Source: the human T2T-CHM13v2.0 reference genome, Homo sapiens
Reading direction: 5' to 3' (one strand)
Length of the DNA stretch: 64,000 nucleotides
NCBI RefSeq assembly: GCF_009914755.1
Contig: NC_060947.1
The notes below the pieces were generated by a model. That model saw only the letters and a program-made list of their open reading frames with translations, made no database searches and was not told where the DNA came from. Shown piece after piece: positions 54,700 through 64,000 of the stretch. How positions within the stretch are numbered: position 1 is the first letter of the stretch; the number at the start of each line of letters is the position of its first letter. The position numbers and the translations under genes are program-made.

Positions 54700-55350
54700 G
54701 GTTTTGATTAACACAGAAGATTGCCACGTAAGCAGCTTTTTGTTTGTTTTCAGCTAATTCGTTTTTTATTATTCACTTGCTGCAGTAAAGCTTACTTTTA
54801 TTGTCCAACCACTGAACAGAAAAAATGGATTGATTTCAGTAACTAAATAATTCAGGCTGCAATGTGTGGTGGAGGGTGGAGGCAATGAGGAAGAATTAGG
54901 GGGAGTCTGAAAAAGCTTGCTGCAACATTGCTCTTCTGTTTTCGTAGTCCTCCACTGATCCCCTGCCCAGGTTGCAATGATTTTGATTAGATGGTGAGGA
55001 GGTTGATGGAGATGGCACTGTGTTGCTGCAGTAGTGATTTAAATTAAAAAAGGTTTAGAAAATGATTGTTTAAAAAGTCTTCCTTCACCAAAAAACAACA
55101 GAGATTCGCCAAATGAGATCTGTTGCTTGTTATTTTTTTATTATATGAAGTAACTCATTGGACACAATTATTTCAATTCTGAGGTGTATTTATTCATTTT
55201 TTATCCCTAAAGTCACAAACCACTTGTCTCCACTGCCATTTATGACACCAAATAGATGAGAAGATATTGAATAAAGCAGCCCAGCAGACCAGAGCCAAAG
55301 ACATCTTGATGTAAAATTGAACAAATCACAGCAGAAAGCAGCCTCATTTA
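54700..55350. promoter_or_regulatory. Candidate conserved non-coding element
   Basis: Repeat-free; forkhead-like tgtttgtttt, TGATTGA/TGATTTA, SOX acaat/aacaaa and Hox-like tttatga motifs; function inferred only. Confidence 0.35.
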
Positions 55351-55519
55351 TTTGATAGAGGCATTAATTTCAGGATGGGGAAAAGGAGAGAGATGATGGG
55401 AGAAGAAAGAGAAAAAGGAGAATGAAGGGGAAGTTTGTTTCCGTTCTCCATCATCTGCCCATTTAGCCCTCTTTTCTCTCAGGTATTTCGTGTGCTTAGG
55501 CTTCCTTAAACAAAACTCA

Positions 55520-56540
55520 AACACATAAGCTATAAATTTCAAAGTGGATAGGTTTCACTTCATGAAAACTTAAAACTTCTGTACTACAAAATACGTCATA
55601 AACACATTAAAAAGAAATTGCTGATTGGATTTACATTGTATATAACTGACAAAAAGTAGAGATCCAGAATATATAATGAATTTCTACAAATCTTTAAGAG
55701 AAACAATATAATAGGAAAATGGGTAAAAGACTTGAACAGGCATTTCACAAAAGAGGAAATACCAATTCCCAGTACAAATATGAAAATATGGTCAATGTCA
55801 ATACTTATCAAGATAATACACATTAAAACAGCAAGGTACCATTTCCACCTCTGGCAAAATGCGAAGGCTGACAATGCAGAACACTGTCAAGAAAACAGAG
55901 AAAAGAGGAATTTCATACACTAGCTATGGAAATATACTTAGGGACATGACATGGGAAAGCAATTTGGCAGTATCTAGTGTATTTGAAGATGTACCTTCCC
56001 TAAGGCCCAGTAGTTCCACTTGTAGTCATTTATATTAGAAAACTTTTGCACACATGAATAAGTAGCATATTCAAGGATGTTGCCACAGTATTGTAATAGG
56101 AGACAATCTAAGCATTCACGAAAAGAGAAATAAGTACATTGTTTAATAGTCATATAGCGTAAGACAAGACAGCAAGTAAGATGAAGGATCTAGATATGCG
56201 GGCATCAACAATGATACATAAACTTTAAAAACAACAATAATATATATAATCTGCATATATATTTACATATATTATATTGTAATATTATATAGTATATGTT
56301 AATATGTGGTTTTAAATACACTAACATGCATGGGAAGCATACACACCAACTACAGGATATAGGTTACCCCTAAGGAGAAACAGGAGAACAATGTAATCAG
56401 TGAAGGGTGGAGTACAAGGGGGGGGTTACAGCTCTACAACGGTTTATTTTTTACAAAAAAGCAAGACATTAGCATTTATTTACTTTGGGTTATGCGTCAT
56501 GGGTGCTCATTAAGTTGCTCTTTATACTTTTCTGTTTGAA
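55520..56540 (+). mobile_element. Old L1M (L1ME) ORF2 end and 3' UTR
   Basis: aaaacttaaaacttctgt, aactgacaaaaag...ccagaatatataatgaa, aaaatgggtaaaagacttgaacaggcatttcacaaaagagga, ggaaagcaatttggcagtatcta. Confidence 0.88.
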
Positions 56541-56546
56541 ATGTTT

Positions 56547-57131
<585 letters not shown>

Positions 57132-57893
57132 CTAATTTCATAATCCAAAAAGAAATAAAACAAAATAAAGTAATTCTATTGTGTTCTATCCCCATAAAAA
57201 AGCCCATCTAATGCACTTCTCTTATAAGCAAATTCCTACTAAAGTGTTTATTCACTGAGCAAATAAAGTGCCCACTATATACTAATTTAATTGTATTTTA
57301 GAGCACATTGTGCCTGAATCCAAATGAATAAACCTCTAATATTGGAGTTTCAGGTACAAGGTCAGACCAGTGGTTAAGATTTACATAAGAGCAGGAGGAG
57401 TCTTCATGGTATCTCTCAAATACTAACCCAAATCTGGGCAGAAGAGAGAAAAGAGAGAGGAAAAGTGGGCAGTGGAAGGAAAACAATGAACACCTGTGAG
57501 CACCTAGCACTTACAATGTTGTCGCTAGTTCGTGAAGAACCATTTTCTATACTCGAGTGGTCCCCATTCCTGCATTGTATAGATACACCCCAATGCTTCC
57601 ATAGTTTGGCAATTATAACCTAGGTGTTACAAACCTAGGCCTTTGGATAGCCTATGGAACTGCCCATGTCAACCACAAAGCGGGATTCCAAATTACATGA
57701 CATTAAAAGATAAACACTCTATAAAGCAGCAGTGGACAATGTAAATCATACTAACAATTTTGTAGTGAGGAGGAGGAAACGGTTAACATCAAACAGCAAA
57801 CAACTAATCAAAATCCTCAGAAGGCATTTATCTCCCAAAGTTCCTCTTCAGCTGCCAATTTGCCAGTTTCTTCCTTTCTTGTTCCCATCCTCA

Positions 57894-58233
<340 letters not shown>

Positions 58234-58444
58234 AGAGCAATTTAGCTCCATCCCACCTCTCTAATCCTGGGCAGCAACTAAATTGATAAGCTCCCAGCTG
58301 TCTTATCAAAACATACAACAAAAGTGGGTCTCTCTATAGACTGGAAAGACATTAGCAAGTGTTTTCTCAAAGAGATCATAATGAAGTACCCCAAAATACC
58401 TGAAACACTCTGGTAAAATTAGGATGATTGAACAGAAGTCAATT

Positions 58445-58903
58445 GAACCAGTAAGCTATTGCTAGTAAAGAAAAAGAAATAAACAAAACCACCTCAAACT
58501 CAGTATTTTAAAGAACATCTTTCATTGTCATTCATTAATCTGCAGATTGGCAAGAGGTTGGCTGATCTAGGCTGGGTTTGGCTTGGCCAGCAGTTCTACT
58601 TCAGGCTGCATGTCCATCTGGGCTTAGCTCCTTGCTAAAGGACAGGCTGAAATCTGCTTACATATATTTATTCTGGATCCCAGGCCGAAGGTGCAGCTCT
58701 TCTTATGGAGATAGCAGAGACACAAGAGACCAAGCTCAACTACACAAGCATATTTCATGTCTCTGCTTACGTCACATCTGTCATTATCCCATTGGCCAAG
58801 GTAAGTCACATGGTTGAGTTCAAAGTCAAGGGACTGGAACATCTTATCCTCTGGGGTTGAGAGAAGGAAGAGGATGTTTTTGAATAATAACCAAATCTAC
58901 CAT
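58445..58903 (-). mobile_element. MLT1G/H-type MaLR LTR
   Basis: ggttggctgatctaggctggg...tcacatctgtcattatcccattggccaaggtaagtcacatgg...tgaataataaccaaatctaccata. Confidence 0.8.
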
Positions 58904-59269
58904 ATCAATCAAAGTATCTCTTAATTCTGTGCTGGAGGTCTTTTGTCTGTTACCTTTGTGGCAAATATTTCCACTAAATCTCCCCAATAAACTTCTGGAA
59001 ATCCTAAAAGGCTCTCTTTGGGGATATTGTATCATATCCTTCATTTAATGGAGGAGATAAATGGTATTATTTGACTTGCAGAGAAATGGGTCCAGGGATA
59101 GAATATGCAGGCAATTTTTGTCACATTGATGGATCAGGAATCCCACAAATTACCCAGTGGATCCTCCAACCAACCAAAAGTTATAAAGAATTCAGGGGTT
59201 CTAGGAAGGTAAGGGGAGGCATTTTTATCTATTGGAAACTGTCAACAGGGAGTTTTGTTTCCTTGTTTT

Positions 59270-59530
59270 ATGCATTCATTCATTCACTAAATATTTTTAT
59301 TGAGCATCAACTGTGGGTCAGGCATTGTGCTGAGGGCACATGGTGAATAAAACAGCTGAGATACAACTGTGCAGTGCCATAAAAGAGAGGAACATAGTGC
59401 TGCAATTGAGAGCACTGGTATGGGAGGGGAGAGGATAACTTATAGTGATTAGAGGAGGTCTCACTGAAGAGGTAGCATTTAGGCTGAGATCTGAAGGGTG
59501 AGAAGGATCTAGCCACATGAAGAATTAGAG
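59270..59530 (-). mobile_element. L2 3' region
   Basis: cattcattcattcactaaatatttttattgagcatcaactgtgggtcaggcattgtgct...aggtctcactgaagaggtagcatttaggctgagatctgaagg. Confidence 0.88.
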
Positions 59531-59804
59531 AAATTACATAACCATGAGGCATATCAGAGTTTATTACCTATAACATTGATGAGAAATGTTAAAGAACCAA
59601 AAGGCATTATATGATGGATTTCATTGTAACTGCTTTAGAGAAAAATGTCATGAGAAAGAAATCTGTGGCAAATAAAAAGGGAAGTAAAGGGGATAGAATA
59701 GAAATGCACTAACACTTTGTCCTGTTGTTACCCTCAATATCATACACTTCACTGATTATACCCTCCAAAGTGTATTGCACCCAGCAACAAAAATTGACAT
59801 ACAA

Positions 59805-60230
59805 TCGAAGCTCTGCTACAAAGGAGCTAGCAACTTTGGGTAAGTCACTTTCCCTCACAAATCCTTGGTTTTCTAATCAGTAAAAAGAGAGATTGCCTAA
59901 ATCAGTTTATCTCCCAAAGTGTATTCATCAAAAATCTTGTTTGCTAGAATGTTAGTGTTATGCAAAGATGAGGGTTAACATTGGATGGAATTAAGCAGGT
60001 TTCTTACTACAACGCTTCTCAGAGCCCTTAAGTGTACTCACTTAGATTGGAAACCTCTCTGAAGGAAACAGACTATGCTATGTGTCTCCAAAACTTAATT
60101 GATCAAGTAACTCCTTTTCACTGGTGATAGTCCAGAGATAGTATTCCAAGGAGCACACCCTGACACTCAAGGAAATGGTGAACTGGGGGCTCTCTAAGGT
60201 CCATTCCAGCTCTGAAAGTTTCTGTGATGA
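59805..60230 (+). mobile_element. MIR3/MIRc split by a MER103-like element
   Basis: actttgggtaagtcactttccct...ttttctaatcagtaaaa | ctctctaaggtccattccagctctgaaagtttctgtgat. Confidence 0.65.
59903..60178. mobile_element. MER103C-like hAT element
   Basis: tcccaaagtgtattc...aagcaggtttcttactacaacgcttctcagagcccttaa...ccaaaacttaattgatc...ttccaaggagcacac. Confidence 0.65.
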
Positions 60231-60334
60231 GCATAAGCACCTAAAAGGGAAAGCCTGTTGGTAACAGATTTTCTACTAAATAATACATGTATGTAATCAT
60301 ACCTCAATTAAACACAAAATATTAAAATAAGGAA

Positions 60335-60664
<330 letters not shown>

Positions 60665-60862
60665 CTACTCTTTAGTGAACACTGTTATAGCAAAATTATA
60701 CAGTACAATATATATGTGGAAGATAGGCTATAATTAAAAAGATAAATAATTATCAATGAGATAATGATGACAAGAATACTTTTGTGCTGAAGTTTGAAGG
60801 GATGATATATAAAAAAAGAGAGCTGAAATAGAACTATGCTGAAAACCATAAGAATGGCATAC

Positions 60863-61172
60863 TTTTTTTTTTTTTTTTTTTTGACAGAGTCTTGCTCTGT
60901 CTCCCAGGCTGGAGTGCAGTGGCAGGATCTTGACTCACTGCAATCACTGCAACCTCCGCCTCCTGGGTTCAAGCAATTCTCCCTGCCTCAGCCTCCCAAG
61001 TAGCTAGGATTACAGGTGCCCGCCACCATGCCCGGCTAATTTTTTTATTTTTAGTAGAGACGGGGTTTTGCCATGTTGGCCAGTCTGGTCTCGAACTCCT
61101 GGACTCAAGTGATCCGCCCGCCTGGGCCTCCCAAAGTGCTGGGATTACAGGTGTGAGCCACCATGCCTGGCC
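60863..61172 (-). mobile_element. AluS
   Basis: Antisense Alu; TSD agaatggcatacttt; internal 9-bp duplication tcactgcaa. Confidence 0.95.
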
Positions 61173-61584
61173 TAGAATGGCATACTTTCTTATTTTAAAC
61201 ACTTCCTTGTTCATGTATTCTGAAATCATGCCAGAAGTTTAGGAAACAATTATGATTAAGTGTAATTAAGTGAGGAGCATGGGATTAGTTATTCCTTGTC
61301 CTCTTCAGGAGACCATCACCACATTGATCATTTCAGGATTATTTATTATCTTTTCTCATTTTGCACCATTTGGCCAGAAAAATTGTTAACAAATTTCTTT
61401 AAGCCACTTATAATTTACCATGTCAATGAGTGTGTCAGCTTTGTCATTTTGCAGGCTATTTCCCAGGTAATAGACATACATTCATTTTACCTTTCTATGC
61501 TTCTGCCATTCTTAACAAATAAAACCAGGGTACTGGAGCAGTACATGTGCATCCAGATAACTGAGAACATTCATTTGTTTTCTC

Positions 61585-61708
61585 AGATTGTGTAACTTTG
61601 AGAAAGTCCTTATCCTGACTGGACCTCAATTTCCTCATCTGTAAAATAAGTGGTTTGGACTAGATTTTTGTTAAAGTCCCTTCTAGCTCTAAAATTCTCT
61701 GATTCTAT
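61585..61708 (+). mobile_element. MIR3
   Basis: cctcaatttcctcatctgtaaaataagtggtttggactagat...aagtcccttctagctctaaaattctctgattct. Confidence 0.85.
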
Positions 61709-62059
61709 TTTGTATTCTAATTCAAATTACTAGCAAATTATATACTTTATTTTAAAATCCCTTTCCCGCCTACCTTCATTCTATTTTCTAAATATATCTT
61801 TTAAATTCTTAAGCTATCAAATTTTAGATGCATAAAAAGATAAGTAATTAAATACCCTAGAACATCCAGACTTACAATCCATTCATTAATTAGTGTAATT
61901 TCAGGTAGAGGATAAAAAAATGAAATAAACAAAACCTGAGTTGATGACAACTTAATAGCATATAATTTTAAGTGGACAGATATGAATATGAGCTTCTCTG
62001 GCTTCTCATGTATGCTTCAATTTTCCCAATATCTTTGTTTCTCATGAACAATATTTTAA

Positions 62060-62250
62060 TCAATCACTGATTCTTATTAAACATCCACAATGTGCCATTC
62101 TTGTACTAGTTGCTACAGAGGGTTAAAATAGTCTTCATTGACTTCAAAAACCTTCAGCTGGGGCTGGTGAAACAAAACTTAACCCCAAGGAACAATTAGG
62201 GAGAAATATCAGACAACATATAGTCAGGGGGCTAAATTGTGTGGTATAAG
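62060..62250 (-). mobile_element. L2 3' end
   Basis: tcaatcactgattcttattaaacatccacaatgtgcc...gacttcaaaaaccttcagctggggctgg. Confidence 0.55.
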
Positions 62251-62527
62251 CCAGCAGTTCTCAATCTTGTTCCCCACTACAACACATATAACGAATAATG
62301 TTTCCTATACTTGAAACAGTGTAGTACTCAGTAAATATTTATTGAATAAATGTGTGAATGAATCTTCACATGCTTAAGATAATCATACAGTCGTATCCAG
62401 GATTCTAATAATCTCAGCCTTTCTCCCCCACCCAAGATAACACACCTATCTGAATACAGGTGATTGAAAGACATGTCTATTATTGGACTAATCAACTTGA
62501 ATATATATTATTTAAGTGGCTACCGCA

Positions 62528-62831
62528 CATATATATACACACACACGTGTTTATTCCAGCACTTTATGTGTGTGTGTATATATATATATGGGTGTATATA
62601 TATATGTATATATATACACCCATATATATATGTATATATATACACCCATATATATATGTATATATATACACCCATATATATATGTATATATATACACCCA
62701 TATATATACACCCATATACACCCATATATATATACACCCGTAAATATGTATATATATATACACCCATATATGTATATATATATGCAATATATATACACCC
62801 ATATATATACACGTGTGTGTGTGTATATATG
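62528..62831. repeat. AT-rich VNTR, unit approx. cccatatatatatgtatatatataca (26 bp), containing inverted units
   Basis: Read directly; it explains the cluster of Y/I-rich ORFs. Confidence 0.95.
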
Positions 62832-62924
62832 ATAGCCACTTAAATAATATATATAATTATCTGCACCAAATTAAAACATATTTCAGAACTAGTATTGTAA
62901 CACCGTGGTTAAGACTTGTCAGAG

Positions 62925-63330
62925 ACTTTAGGTGCTATAGGAGCTCAGTGAAAACAGAGATTATTATGAGCTGAAGTATTACCAAGGGCCTTCATAAAGG
63001 CAAAGGAAGAAAAATTAAGAAAATAGATTGAAAAGCTACAGATAAGCCATGAGGAGTAGGAAGGGAAGAATAAGTATAGAGTGGGCAGGAAGCAGTGAGG
63101 ATGCAGACCTGAAGTGGAGGATCATTGCTGGGGAACAAAGGGAGGCAGGCTTGGGAAGACGAGGTAGGATTGGTTTATTGCAGGCTATAGGAACCAGTCT
63201 GAAGCACTCAGAGTGATCCAGAGGGCAACAGGGAGCTATTGTAGAGACTCAAGCAAAGTCCAGTGGAAAAGGTGTTTGTGAGATCTGTGTATGTATGAAT
63301 GAATATAAAAAAGACAGGGTGAAAAAGATG
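62925..63330 (-). mobile_element. L2 fragment
   Basis: aggtgctataggagctcag...ggccttcataaagg...agggcaacagggagctattgtagagact. Confidence 0.55.
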
Positions 63331-64000
63331 AGCAGGGCAAGATTTATCTTTTTTATAGACCTTTTCTAAAGAGGTGGCAACTGAAGCCTGGCATTTTAAT
63401 ACCATTTTATGAGGCTTCATACATTTTAATTAATGTTAAACTGATTTATACCCTGAGGAGTTATACACAAATGGCACAATCAAATAAAATAAAGGAAGAC
63501 ACATGTGCACAAGTTTGCATGTGTCTATATGTGTTTATAGACACATCTTTCAACTACATTTGACTGTGCTTCTGTTAGAAGTGCCAGGTTCTACCCACAT
63601 CCCAGCCTACTGGCTTCAATCAGAAAGGCAGAATTAACAACACAACAATTTGGAAGGGTTTATTGCCCATTATTTGATCTAAAACAACTTGAACAGTATG
63701 AAAAAGTGAGGCTCTAACACAAAAAGGGAGATTAGTCACGTAGCCACTTTGCTGGCCCCCCTGTTGTGTTTCAACTGTGGGCTGCATTTATTTTTCCCAT
63801 CCTAAAATCAAGTTTCTTAAAAGCTTGCCATGCATTTTAATGCAATTGCTTGCATTTCCCCTTTGGGAAGGAAGAAAACAAGACTTTCCTTATTGCTGAG
63901 CTGGAAATGTGTATGTATACATTTGGGGGTGGAGGGGTGAGGGAACAAGGCATAATAAGAGAAGGAAATGGTTGGCTTCTTAAACCTCATAATCCCAACC

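Noticed and set aside
55732-55923. ORF MNRHFTKEEI...TARYHF
   Set aside because: Degenerate L1 ORF2 C-terminal remnant, already covered by the L1M feature
62460-62843. Six overlapping Y/I/H-rich ORFs
   Set aside because: Artefact of the stop-free AT-rich VNTR

Overview
Primate, most likely human, non-coding genomic DNA. I recognise no protein-coding exon, RNA gene or processed pseudogene; the listed ORFs derive from Alus or microsatellites, or are chance frames. The window is dense in interspersed repeats: about 16 Alu/FLAM copies (J and S lineages), many MIR, L2, L3/CR1 and old L1M fragments, MLT1 LTRs, and DNA transposon fossils (MER1A, MER5, MER30, MER58, Charlie4a, Charlie15, MER103, Tigger4, MADE2). 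Repeat-free islands rich in homeodomain, SOX and TCF motifs lie between them. They look like conserved enhancers of a developmental-gene desert; the strongest is at about 19.55-20.4 kb. The best sequence-level oddities are a templated copy of a local L2 segment inside a Tigger4, two orphan retro-insertions with target-site duplications (TSDs), a four-layer nested transposon stack, an ancient MER131-like element, two closely spaced inverted Alu pairs and a cruciform-capable VNTR. I find no convincing evidence of a new gene-encoded biological system. Repeat family calls come from recalled consensus sequences, and their boundaries are approximate.
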